Origin: Methanomassiliicoccaceae archaeon
GTDB taxonomy: Archaea > Thermoplasmatota > Thermoplasmata > Methanomassiliicoccales > UBA472
Length of the DNA stretch: 64,000 nt
NCBI GenBank assembly: GCA_963806355.1
Contig: CAWDXN010000006.1
Location: forward strand, 58,491-122,490
Direction: 5' to 3'
The position numbers and the translations under genes were made by a program. Below, one piece after another: positions 1-12,500 of this stretch; position 1 is the first letter of the stretch, and every line of letters begins with the position of its first letter. Below the pieces are notes generated by a model that was not told the DNA's origin, ran no database searches, and saw only the letters and a program-made list of their open reading frames with translations.

Positions 1-987
1 ACGGGTTCCGCCATGTTCCTCAACGACAACTTGGACCTGGGGGAGCTGGTCACGTTCATCAACCTGTCGGTCCTTTTGATAATGCCTTTGTTCGCCATTT
101 TCTTCAATTACAATTTCATCCTCCAGGCCTTGGCGGGAGCGAAACGCATCTTCGCCATCATCGACGAGGTGCCGAAGATCATGGACAAGCCCAATGCCAC
201 GGACCTGCCACCGATCGAAGGGCACGTGGTGTTCCAGGATGTCGATTTCAGCTATGTCAAGGGGAAGAAGATCCTCAAGAAGAACAGCTTCACGGCCACT
301 CCTGGCCAGAAGATCGGGTTGTGCGGTCCGACGGGAGCGGGGAAGAGCACTATCATCAACATCCTCACCCGATACTACGATATCGATTCTGGAAGCATAA
401 CCGTCGATGGCCACAGCATCTACGATGTCACGCAGGCCAGCCTGCGTGGTCAGATCGGGGTGGTGCTGCAGGAGGCATTCCTTTTCTCCGACACGGTGAT
501 GAACAACCTCAAGTACGCCAGGGAAGGGGCGACGGACGACGAATGCATCGCTGCGGCCAAGAAGGCCAACTGCCATGATTTCATCATGTTGCTCCCGGAA
601 GGGTACCAGACGGTCCTAACGGAGGGTGGCGCGAACCTCAGCCAAGGCCAAAGGCAATTGATCACCATCGCCCGGGCCATGGTGGCCAACCCGCGCATGC
701 TCATCTTGGATGAGGCCACGAGCAACGTGGACACGAGGACCGAGAAGATGATCCAGGAGGCCATCAAGGAACTGCAAAGGGGTAGGACCAGCTTCGTGAT
801 CGCCCACCGTCTGAGCACCATCAAGGATTCCGACCGGATCCTGGTGATCAACAGCGGTGAGATCGTGGAGCAGGGGACGCACGAGGAGCTCATGGCCAAA
901 AAAGGATTCTACTACAACCTTTACATCAGCCAGTACAAGGGGAGGGTGGGATCGGTCCTTCCTGCCACCGGGGGTGCGTCAGCATGA
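1..987 (+). CDS. ABC transporter permease/ATP-binding protein (MsbA/multidrug exporter type), 5' part outside window
   Basis: End of TM domain, then Walker A GPTGAGKS, signature LSQGQRQ, Walker B LILDEATS, H-loop IAHRLST. Confidence 0.93.
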   Translation, partial: TGSAMFLNDNLDLGELVTFINLSVLLIMPLFAIFFNYNFILQALAGAKRIFAIIDEVPKIMDKPNATDLPPIEGHVVFQDVDFSYVKGKKILKKNSFTATPGQKIGLCGPTGAGKSTIINILTRYYDIDSGSITVDGHSIYDVTQASLRGQIGVVLQEAFLFSDTVMNNLKYAREGATDDECIAAAKKANCHDFIMLLPEGYQTVLTEGGANLSQGQRQLITIARAMVANPRMLILDEATSNVDTRTEKMIQEAIKELQRGRTSFVIAHRLSTIKDSDRILVINSGEIVEQGTHEELMAKKGFYYNLYISQYKGRVGSVLPATGGASA

Positions 988-1500
988 CCTCGAAGGACGC
1001 CTTCAATCAAGATGAGTGGAGATCGCTCGTGATGGCCGGGACCTGGATAGGCCATGCCATCATCATAGCGGACAAGCCCAAGCGGGTAAGGAAGGAGCTC
1101 AAGGCCCTCAGGAACGCCTTCGAACTGGCGGCCAAGAAATACCCAGGTAACGGACTCATCGGGGCGGTCCTTCCCGAGGCAAAGGCAGCGGCCATGGTGG
1201 AAATCGACGCCAAGGCCATGTATGCCAAGAAAGAGGAGAACATGCAACGCATCCTGACCGACATCCAGGGGACTGCCAAGGCCTTGAAGATGGTCGAGGG
1301 GAAGGAAGCGGTGGAGTTCAAGAAGATGGCTTTTGAACATAGGGGAACTGACCGCGCTGGCGGTCCGTGACGAGGAGTTCGCCATGATCGGAATGCCAGG
1401 CGATGAGATAAGTCGGCTGGAGAGGAGGGTGCTCAGGACGATCGCGAACGAACTGGGCCTGATCCCTTACTCGGTGGACATCGACCCGATAAAAAAGTAA
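984..1500 (+). CDS. Hypothetical protein, TerB-like helical fold (frameshift near 1340)
   Basis: ATGA overlap with the ABC gene; N-term MTSKDAFNQDEW; alternate frame continues ...GDEISRLERRVLRTIANELGL... to TAA at 1500, resembling the TerB-like C-terminal motif. Confidence 0.55.
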
Positions 1501-1527
1501 AGGAGGCCCGCCATCGGCGGACCTCCT
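1501..1527. terminator. Hairpin between convergent genes
   Basis: AGGAGG-C-CCGCC-ATC-GGCGG-A-CCTCCT inverted repeat between the stops at 1500 and 1534. Confidence 0.6.
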
Positions 1528-1533
1528 CGCTCA

Positions 1534-2453
1534 TCAGTCCACCTTTATTTTTCCTCTTTCAATTGCTTCTTTGCCTTCTTCAGCTCCTGCGATCTGTGCA
1601 TCGCTCACCTTGGGATAGCTCAGGTCCATATCCTCGATCTTCCCGGCGATGACGTCGGCGACCAGGGCGCGCGCCGCCCATTTGTAGTCGGCCGGTATGA
1701 CGTACCAGGGGGCCCAACGGGTGCTGGTGTTGCTGAGCATGGCATTGTATGCGGAGATATAATCGTCCCAGATACCCTCTTTCCTTAAGGTCGGCCGGGG
1801 AGACCTTCCAATACTTCTCCTTGTCCTTCAGGCGGTCCATCAACCTGCGCTTCTGCTCTTCCTTGGAGATGTGGAGGAAGAACTTGAGGATCAGCGTTCC
1901 GTTCGCGTCCAGGTGCCTCTCGAAGGAATTGATGTCGGCGTATCTCCTCTCCCAGAACTTGTCGCCCCGTTTCGCAGATGGCAGACCGTTGCGCGTCCAA
2001 TATCTCAGGGTGTACTTTGACCACGAGGACGTCCTCGTAGTAGGAACGGTTGAAGATCCCTATCTCCCCTCTGGATGGTAGGGCCTTTGAATGGCGCCAT
2101 AGGAAGTTGTGACCGAGCTCCTCCGATGATGGTACCTTGAAGCTCGTCACCCGGCACCCTTGGGGATTGACGCCGGACATGACATGACGGATGGTCCCAT
2201 CCTTTCCCGCGGTGTCCATCCCTTGGAGGACGATGAGCACGGAGTGGATGTCCATTGGCCCAAAGCAACTCCTGAGATGCGGCCAGGGCCTGACGGTTAT
2301 GCTCCAAGTATCCTTAGTGCGGCCTCCTTGACGACCTCCTCCCCCGCCTTCTTCAGATTCATCGTTCTGCGCCCAACCAGTTTCATAGTCTTTTAGATCG
2401 ACCTTCTTGCCTGGCTTCACCATGATCTTTTTGATCAGTTCCTTTTTGATCAT
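1534..2453 (-). CDS. ppk2: Polyphosphate kinase 2 family protein (frameshifted, several pieces)
   Basis: [11 protein letters not shown] Walker [10 protein letters not shown], and [12 protein letters not shown] motifs spread across frames. Confidence 0.9.
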
Positions 2454-2737
2454 CCAGTTCTACCTCCTCGTGAATTGCACAATGACCTCGGTTTCCGTCA
2501 TCCGAACGAAGCCATTGAGACCCATTGAATAGAGTCGTGGAAATGGTATTAATTACCTTCATCAAGTGACCGAATCGTTCATCATGGTCGGAATTCGTTT
2601 TCCGCACCGATGACGATTGAATGAAGAGGAATAGACTAGCTTAGGGTTCCAAATGCTTTTTTATGATTGAACTGGTAATGTATTAAAGGACCGGGCAGGA
2701 GAAGGGAACATGGACAGGACCGCAGGTCTTACAACGA

Positions 2738-4429
2738 GTGACCAAAATGGTGCCGATCCTCCATTGGTTCCCCCGCTATAGGCCCGAGTGGTTGCGGTAC
2801 GACATACTGGCCGCGATCGTCATCGTCGGTCTGATCATACCGGAGTCGATGGGGATAGCCGGTGTGGCAGGGGTCCCCCCCCAGTACGGCCTCTACTCGA
2901 TACTCATCGCGCTCTTCCTGTACGCGATATTCGGGTCTGGCAAGCATTCGGTGGTGAGCACGCCGAGCGCCATGGCCATACTGACCGCCACCGCGGTCGC
3001 CGGTATCGTCCTGGCCACCAACGAGGACGCTGTGAACGTCATCCTCTCCGTCACGTTCATGGTGGGCATAATGCTGCTGATCGCAGCGGTCCTACGCCTT
3101 GGGTTCCTGGCGGATTTCATATCCTTCCCGGTGATGAAGGGTTTCCTCTTCGGGCTGGCCCTCACCATCATCATCGGGCAGATACCGAAGCTACTGGGGG
3201 TGGAGAAGGGCACTGGCAACTTCTTCGACCAGCTGTTCTATGTTCTCAATGAGATCGGACAGGCCAACTCCAGCACCGTGGTGTTGGCGTTAGTGAGCAT
3301 CGCGATGATGGTGGTCCTAGAGGTGCGGTTCAAGAAACTACCGGCGGTCCTCATCCTGTTCGTGGCGACCCTGGCCCTGTCCTATCTGATGGACTTCGAG
3401 GGCAACTTCGACGTTGCCGTCGTGGGTTCGATCCCTCAAGGGTTGCCGTCCTTGCAGGCACCGCAGATCGACCTGACCACCCTCAGCGTCCTCATACCCG
3501 CCGCCATCGGCATCGCCTTCGTCTGCTTCTCAGAGTCGATAGCCATCGGGGAGGAGGTGGGGGAGCGGCACAAGGAGGAGGTCGACCCCAACCAGGAACT
3601 GGTGGCCCTGGCGGCGACCAACCTGGGCGCGGGGGTCACCCAGGGCATCAGCAACGGTGTGAGCATGTCCGCCTCCATGGTGGGGGACAACAGCGGGCTG
3701 CGGTCGCAGATGGCGTTGGTGATCGCCGGGCTCATGGTCATGACCGTGCTCCTTTTCCTCACTGGGGTCTTCTATTACATACCCGAGGCCGTTCTCGGAG
3801 TGATCGTCATCTTCGCGGTCAGAGGGGCCCTCAAGACCAAACTGATGGCGAGGTTCTACCACACCCAACGTTCCGAGTTCTACCTGGCGATGGTGGCGCT
3901 CTTCGGGGTGCTCATCTTCGAGGTGTTGGTCGGCCTGGTCCTGGCGATCATCGTCGCCATCGCCCTCATGGTATGGAGGGCGAGCCGGGTCGGGGGCTCA
4001 CTGATGGGCCAGATGCCATCGGCACAGGAGTTCCGCCGCATCTCGCTCTATCCCGAGGCCAAGGAGATCCCGGGCCTGAAGCTTTACCTGATCGATGGGG
4101 ACCTCTTCTATGCCAACAGCTCGGTGGTGAAGAGACAATTGAAGGCCTTGGTGATGGCACAACCCAAACCCAAGATGATCGCCATATTGATGTTCGAGAC
4201 CTCCCATGAGCTCGACATCACCTCCAGCCGGGCATTGGAAAGCGTCATAAGGGTAGCTCAGGAGGAGAGGGTGGAAATAGTGCTGGCAGGGGTGGCCACG
4301 ATGACCCTGGATTCATTGCGCAAGGCAGGCATCGTGGACATGATCGGGGAGGACCATGTGATACGCGACCCGAAGGCCGTGTTGGAACTCTATGAGCGAA
4401 AATATGGACCGATCTCGTCCGACCATTGA
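2738..4429 (+). CDS. SulP family anion permease with C-terminal STAS domain
   Basis: IPESMGIAGVAGVPPQYGLYS, DPNQELVAL, many TM helices, STAS-like LFYAN...LDITSS. Confidence 0.92.
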   Translation: MTKMVPILHWFPRYRPEWLRYDILAAIVIVGLIIPESMGIAGVAGVPPQYGLYSILIALFLYAIFGSGKHSVVSTPSAMAILTATAVAGIVLATNEDAVNVILSVTFMVGIMLLIAAVLRLGFLADFISFPVMKGFLFGLALTIIIGQIPKLLGVEKGTGNFFDQLFYVLNEIGQANSSTVVLALVSIAMMVVLEVRFKKLPAVLILFVATLALSYLMDFEGNFDVAVVGSIPQGLPSLQAPQIDLTTLSVLIPAAIGIAFVCFSESIAIGEEVGERHKEEVDPNQELVALAATNLGAGVTQGISNGVSMSASMVGDNSGLRSQMALVIAGLMVMTVLLFLTGVFYYIPEAVLGVIVIFAVRGALKTKLMARFYHTQRSEFYLAMVALFGVLIFEVLVGLVLAIIVAIALMVWRASRVGGSLMGQMPSAQEFRRISLYPEAKEIPGLKLYLIDGDLFYANSSVVKRQLKALVMAQPKPKMIAILMFETSHELDITSSRALESVIRVAQEERVEIVLAGVATMTLDSLRKAGIVDMIGEDHVIRDPKAVLELYERKYGPISSDH

Positions 4430-4442
4430 GCCCGGTCGGATC

Positions 4443-6163
<1,721 letters not shown>

Positions 6164-6250
6164 TCAGCTTCTCCTCGGGTGAGCGGGAAGAACAGGTTTG
6201 GCATATTTAAACGATGTAGAGGGGCGGTCTGAGCTCATCGCAGTACCAGC

Positions 6251-7045
6251 TCATGGCCTGCCATCGAGACGTTCGATAAGATACTTCAGCGGTCGGAGGG
6301 ATATCTCGCTCCCCCGACCCCCATCTTGGAAGTCGAACGGGTTGTCCAGGTCCTTGATGAGGAGGAGCATGTAGAGGATGATGAACGACATCACGCCCAC
6401 GATGAAGAGAGACTCATAAACCGGTTCCATGTTCAGCAGCAGAAGGCCGAAGATGAGCAGGACCGCAAGGATCTCCACGATGGTATAACCGGACTGAACG
6501 AAGCTGGTTTCGCGGATGGTGTGGATCCTGGTCACCATCCTGCGGACGTTGGTCTGTTCATACTTTATTCGGGTGATGAAGTCCCCTTTGGTCAGATCCT
6601 CCTGCTGCAGCAGATGGTCGTTCATCAAGGTGAGCTTGGCGAGGATGTCCTTTGTACGTACCTTGCGATGGAACCAACCATCGAAATCATGTATCAAGGC
6701 CACATGAAAGGCAAGGAATGCTTGGGTGGCGGTTGTGCTCTTGTATCGGTCCATGAGGTAGGCCTCGTCATAGATGGCCTCCAAACTGCATGCCAGGTCT
6801 CCAGGGATGCGCTCGCTCTCTTTGTAATCGGAGATCACACCGGCGATGAGGAAACCGAGCAGGAAGGTAGACGCCGCGATGATGCTCGTGAAAAGGGCGT
6901 TGAGCTCGATGACCTCCCAGTCCAAAATATGGAATATGTACTTCAGGACCAGGATGAGGGCGATGACTGGCAATAGACTGACCACGATGTGCCATTTCTT
7001 GCCCACCCTTGGCATCTGGACCATGCCTTCGACAACCGTTCCCAT
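6251..7045 (-). CDS. Membrane protein, bestrophin-like/DUF4239 type
   Basis: 2+2 TM arrangement with a helical loop and C-terminal LIKDLDNPF motif. Confidence 0.6.
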   Translation of the reverse strand: MGTVVEGMVQMPRVGKKWHIVVSLLPVIALILVLKYIFHILDWEVIELNALFTSIIAASTFLLGFLIAGVISDYKESERIPGDLACSLEAIYDEAYLMDRYKSTTATQAFLAFHVALIHDFDGWFHRKVRTKDILAKLTLMNDHLLQQEDLTKGDFITRIKYEQTNVRRMVTRIHTIRETSFVQSGYTIVEILAVLLIFGLLLLNMEPVYESLFIVGVMSFIILYMLLLIKDLDNPFDFQDGGRGSEISLRPLKYLIERLDGRP

Positions 7046-7160
7046 TTAATTAAGCTTAATCCTGTTGCCATAGCGACGGACATCGCCATACAGGACGGTT
7101 AAAGTTCTCGTGCCATCCATGCCCGGGTTCTAAATAATCGATGCTGCATGAGCAAAACGA

Positions 7161-8537
7161 ATGGGATATGCCGAAGATCTGAGCCGTTTTGAGGACCTTA
7201 CCTCCAGGTACATCCCCCGGAGGGAGGACTGGACCCCTTCGGAGGAGGCGGTCTTCGGTCCCCCTGACCTATATCGGGTCCCGAAGGAGGAGGCGGACCG
7301 GATGCGCTACCGCGCGGTCAAGTACCAGTTCGAGCGGCATTACCGATTGAACCGCATGTACCACGACTTCTGCAAGGAGGCCAAGGTCTCTCCGGACGAG
7401 ATTCGAAGGGACTTGACGATCTGGACAAGGTGCCGTTGATCCCGTCCGAGTTCTTCAAGGACTGCCCCCCCGGCAAGGACTTCGCCCTCTGGCTCGGTAA
7501 CGTCTACACCGGGGAGCTGCCCCGCATCAAGGTGAGCGGAAGGTCGCCCTCCCATGACCAGGTCATAGATTCCTTCAACTCGGCCGGGATGGCGGTCTGT
7601 TACAGCAGCGGCACCGGGGGACGCCACACCTTCATGCCCCGGGACATGCGTTGCTTCCTCACCAACGAGTACGCCATGGCCAAGGGCGTCATCTCCATGT
7701 TCTTCCCCCACTGGAACCCGCAAATGCGCGGTTACCTGTTGCTACCCCACCCCTTCAAGACCAACCTCTTCGCGGGCGCCTTGGGCACCATCTTCTTCGA
7801 CATCATGAAGGACGTCAAGGTGGCGGTCGACCGCAAGGTGGACACCGAACTGATCCGCCTCAGCATGAGCGAGGACACAGGCTTGAAGACCAGGGCCTTC
7901 AAGTACATCGCCAGGCGCAGGTCAGGAAAGGACTGTCCAGGACATCATCACCTGGATCGAGCGCAACCAGCGTGACGGTCATGAGATGGCGCTGGTCGGG
8001 GCGCCGTTCCTGGTGCATTCGGTCATCGAGAGATTGAAGCACGAGGGGCGCACCTTCGACCTCGGGGAGAGGGGCTGCGTCCTAACCGGTGGTGGCTGGA
8101 AGGTCCATGAGAGCAAGCGTATGCCCGAGGCGGAGTTCCGCCGTGACGTGGAGGAGTACCTGGGCATCCCACCGGACCAGTGCATCGACCTTTACGGTAT
8201 GGTCGAGGCCAACGGCTGGATGACCCAGTGCCCTGAGGGACATCACCTGCACATCCCGCACACCTACATGCATACCATGGTCCTTGATGACGAGTACCGT
8301 CCCGTGGGCTATGGCGAGACGGGACGCCTCGCCTTCCTGGACGGGTCCATGGGCAGCTATCCCGGGTTCATCATAACCAGCGACCGGGTGCGCATGCTGG
8401 AACGCTGCCCGGTGTGCGACCGGCCCGGTCCGGTGCTGGAGCCAGGAGTGACCCGCGTGGCGGGCAAGGAGTCCAGGGGCTGTGCGGAGGAGGTACGGAG
8501 GATGGTATCCTCAGATATGAGGAGGGGGGCGAGATGA
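7161..8537 (+). CDS. LuxE-family acyl-protein synthetase (frameshifted, 3 pieces)
   Basis: PLIPSEFFK, YSSGTGG, LTGGGWK, DLYGMVE, SYPGFIITSD and terminal ESRGC with the conserved LuxE cysteine. Confidence 0.85.
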
Positions 8538-9511
8538 CCGGACTGGGGGAGATCAAGGCCAACGGTTACATGCCGCAACGTGCCTACATCTCGCTCATGG
8601 CCAGGGGCGGTTGGTCCCTGTCCAAGGTGATCCTGTTCAACATGCGTGAGCTGAAGCGGCTGCGGGTCGTTCCTGAGGGCGAGGAACGTCATGTCCGCCC
8701 GCCGAGGCAGTACGAGATACCGCCATACCATGAATCGATGCGGACCTGCCGCTCCCAGGAGCGCTACCTCCGCCCCACGTTGTACTGCGACCCCAACGAT
8801 CCCGCCGTCATCGCCATAGCCGACCAGCTCGGGGCCTTCAAGGTCTCCGACCGCGAGTTCGCCGAGGCGGCCTACCACTTCGTCAAGGAGCGCATGCTGC
8901 TGGAGGAGATGACGCTGAACGATGTGGGCGAGACGTTCCAGAGGGGCACGGGGACCTGTTTCCATCTCATCACCGCCTTCATCGCCCTGTGCCGTTGCGC
9001 GGGAATCAAGGCCCGCTACAAGATCTTCGCCATGAACATGATCCGTTCCTGGTACGACGTGGTCATCCAGCCGGACCCTTTCATCAAGAAATGGTACGAT
9101 TCCCTGGGCTTCTTCGTGCTGGAGGGGGAGGGCGAGGTGCTGATCGACGGTGAATGGCTCGTCGCCAATGTCGGCCCGGAGGCGGAATGGCAGGCGGCGA
9201 CCGGCACGCCCATAACCCGCCTGGGCGAGGGTTCCTTGGGCAACTGGTTCAACGCCGTCCCAGGGACGGAGATGCGCATGGAGTCCATACCCTATGGCCT
9301 CGGGGCCTCCCTGGAGCTGTTGCATGCCATCGCCCCAGGTTCGATGGAACGGGTCAACATCAGCATGGTCAAGCAGAAGGAGCGGGGGTCCAAGGTCATC
9401 GCCGAGGCCGGTGGCCTGGAGGCATATGACCGCATGGCCCGCCTGCGCCAGGGCCCGCGCCGACCGAAGATGAGGTTGGAGCCGAGGGCGCAGATCGTCT
9501 TCGACGATTGA
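8534..9511 (+). CDS. Transglutaminase-like domain protein
   Basis: ATGA overlap with LuxE and GGAGG RBS; YLRPTLYCD, GTGTCFH...ALCRCAGIKARY, EVLIDGEW. Confidence 0.85.
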   Translation: MTGLGEIKANGYMPQRAYISLMARGGWSLSKVILFNMRELKRLRVVPEGEERHVRPPRQYEIPPYHESMRTCRSQERYLRPTLYCDPNDPAVIAIADQLGAFKVSDREFAEAAYHFVKERMLLEEMTLNDVGETFQRGTGTCFHLITAFIALCRCAGIKARYKIFAMNMIRSWYDVVIQPDPFIKKWYDSLGFFVLEGEGEVLIDGEWLVANVGPEAEWQAATGTPITRLGEGSLGNWFNAVPGTEMRMESIPYGLGASLELLHAIAPGSMERVNISMVKQKERGSKVIAEAGGLEAYDRMARLRQGPRRPKMRLEPRAQIVFDD

Positions 9512-12500
9512 ATCCCGCATATCCAGGTGGGTGCCTCGGCATAACGCTTAAGGTCGTCCAGACCATTCTCCTCCCGTGTCTCAGAACGGCCCCGTCCGTC
9601 ATCGTTTCTTCGCCACTTTCGATCGCCCTCACGATGCTCACCGTAAGTCTCTTCCTAGGCTCAGGGATGCTATCGGCCAGCCGTGCCGAGCCTGGACCAA
9701 CGGAACTGAACGACGGCGTTTGGGGCTCCATCGAGACATTCGACCATGTCACCACCGGGACGCAAGGGAGCTTCGGTGATGTTGCCCTCTACCCTAACGG
9801 CAACTGTGATGCGGTGGTGCTCAATGGAAGGGTCTGGCTCATGTACCGTGGCAACGAGAGTCGGATGGTGGCGAAATACACGCCGACGGTCAGCGCTTCG
9901 GCTTGGAACCTTAGTTTCGAGGCGTTCGCCCCGCGGGAGCTGTCCTCCTATGCAAGGGTGGGGCAACAACCTGGGGTCTACGCCATCAAGGCCCTTCTGA
10001 ACGACAGCACTGGCTCACTGGTATGTGGCATCGAGCTTCGGGTCAGCGAGGAAGGAACGCAGGGCATCTATTGCTATGACCCTTCGACCTTCTCGTGGGA
10101 CAAGGTGGCGGACCGGATCGTACCCGCGTTGGTGCATCGCTATGACGATTTCGGACTGACGCCTGAGCGATACGTCGTGTCGTTCGCATATGACGGCAGC
10201 GGTTCCGTCCAGGTGACGGTAGGCCACACTGGTGGAGCGGTCCTTTTCACCCGAAACGTCGCCATGCCTGGGCCGTCGCCCGACACCGGTGCTTCGCTTC
10301 TACGACGACATTGGAATTCCCAAGCTCGGGACGACAAATTACGGCATCAACGGCGGCTGGATGCTCGATGACTTCGGGGTCAGGTCGACGGCCACTCGAT
10401 ACGCGTTCGTCGAACCTGCCTACGAATATGTCCCAAAGGACAGCCCAGCATGGCTCACCGTACGGGATGGGAACGGTGTACCGATCAGTGATGCCGTGGT
10501 CACCATCAGGATGGTCAGGCAGCGACCTTCGACCTGATCGAGGGTCGATACGAGGCGATCTTACGACCGCGAGGTGGACTGGGCCGTGCCAACGGATTAC
10601 GTGGTGAACCTGGACGGCGTGGAGATGAGGGGCAGGTTGGAGCTGACCACCGTCCAATCGGACCCGCTAGCCAGCGTTCCCAAGTGGTGGAACGGGTGGG
10701 AATGGGCCACGGTCTTCGGCCTGGACGATTGCAACGGTCCCGCCAGCGCGCTGAACCACTATCGGGATTACGACCATCCCACCACCGCCTATGTGATGAG
10801 CACCGATGGGCAACTCCTCCGAGGTTCTTGCCACCCAGTCGGAGATCGGGCTGCACCTTCCTCATGACTATACCACCTGGATGAAGAAGAGCTGGACCGA
10901 GTCGGTTGACGCGGCGACGGAGCGGCCAGGACGCCTCTCTCCTCCTTCTACAATTACTCCAGCCGTTGGGACGACCCGTGATTACGTGGGCGATGGCGAC
11001 GCCTACATCTCCATGGCGAACCCAGGCAACAGCGCCACCTACCAGATGATGTACGCCCAGTATGCCGCAGGCATGCGCATCGAGGGCATCGGGTCGAACT
11101 TATACAACGGCGTGCCTGGCAACTCATCGCTGATGGGGTGCTATTGGGTGTGGGGTTCGGAGATAGACCCCTATGTGGCCTGGGACCCCACTCTCGCCGT
11201 ACGATCTGATGGACGCCTCGCGCCAGTGGAACACGGATAACCCGGGCCAGACCTATGAGAGGGTCAAGGTCATTGCTGAGAGGGGAGGACTGCTCCGGGT
11301 CTATGCCCATCCAGGCTATTCAATCAAGGACGCGGGCATCCTGCACTGGATCGACGATGCCAAGACCAACTATTCCTTGGAGAACTGGAAGGCCACGGAC
11401 GGGGAGGCGGCCAGCTACACCTATGGGCGTTGGACCACGGACGTCCTGCGCAACGATGGTTTGAGCAACGATGGACACCATGGTCTTCGATGTCAGTCGC
11501 CAGGACCCGAAGGCCGCGGGCTATTGGCTGGTGCCGGTCACCGTCGCCATCGACATCGGCGGCATGGACGTGAAGCGGGTGGAGGTGGTGGAAGGAGGCC
11601 ATACCTACAGCTCGGATGGGGCGGGCGAGTTCGCCCTGCGCGACCTGGAGGGCGAGCGGGTCATGGACCTAGGCTACGACATCCGTGGCCAGACCCTCTA
11701 TGTCTCCCATTTCTGGAACTCCTCCGCGCAGTTGCGGGTGGTGTTCAACTATACCAATCCCATAATCAATGGGACGCCAGAGGCGAAGGGTGAGATCGGA
11801 GAGGCCTACCACTTCAACGCCACCGCCACCCCGGCCAGCACTGGAAGCAACATCTGGACCTTGGACAACAGCAGCGCGACCTGGCTCAGCATGGTTCCAG
11901 ATACCCAGACCTCGTGCGCGATTGAGCGGCACCCCGACCGCACCAGGTAACTACTCGGTGTACCTGAGCGTGCAGGATGGGGACAGCGTGTCCACCATGA
12001 GCTGGACGGTCTTCGTGCCTGAGAAGATACCGCCCATCTTCCTCACCACCCCCAAAACCCAGGTGCTGGAACGAAGCGCTTATTCCTATCAGGCGATGTG
12101 CGACCAGAAGGTCGACGCTTGGAACCTGAGCAGTAACGCGAGCTGGCTGACACTTTCGAGCACCGGCAATCTATCCGGGACGCCTAAAAGGCCGATGTCG
12201 GCCATGCATACGATGTCAGCATCATGGTGAAGAACCGCAATGGCACATCGTACCAGAACTTCTCGGTGCAGGTGATTAACCTTCAGCCCCAGATAATCAC
12301 CGTTCCGGACCTTCCAGATCAGGTTCGGAGAGAGCTATGAATATCTGCCGGCAACGAACGAGGACGCCTTTGGGGTGCAGTGGACCGGGCTCACCACCAA
12401 TGCCTCGTTCCCTTACCAGTTCGATGGGGCCATCGGGAAAGTGACCTTCCTCGCCACGGTCGTCGGGACCTTCTCGTTCCATCTGACCGTCTCCGACCAG

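Noticed and set aside
7161-8537. Bioluminescence operon
   Set aside because: No luxA/B/C/D; LuxE homologues are widespread outside luminescence.
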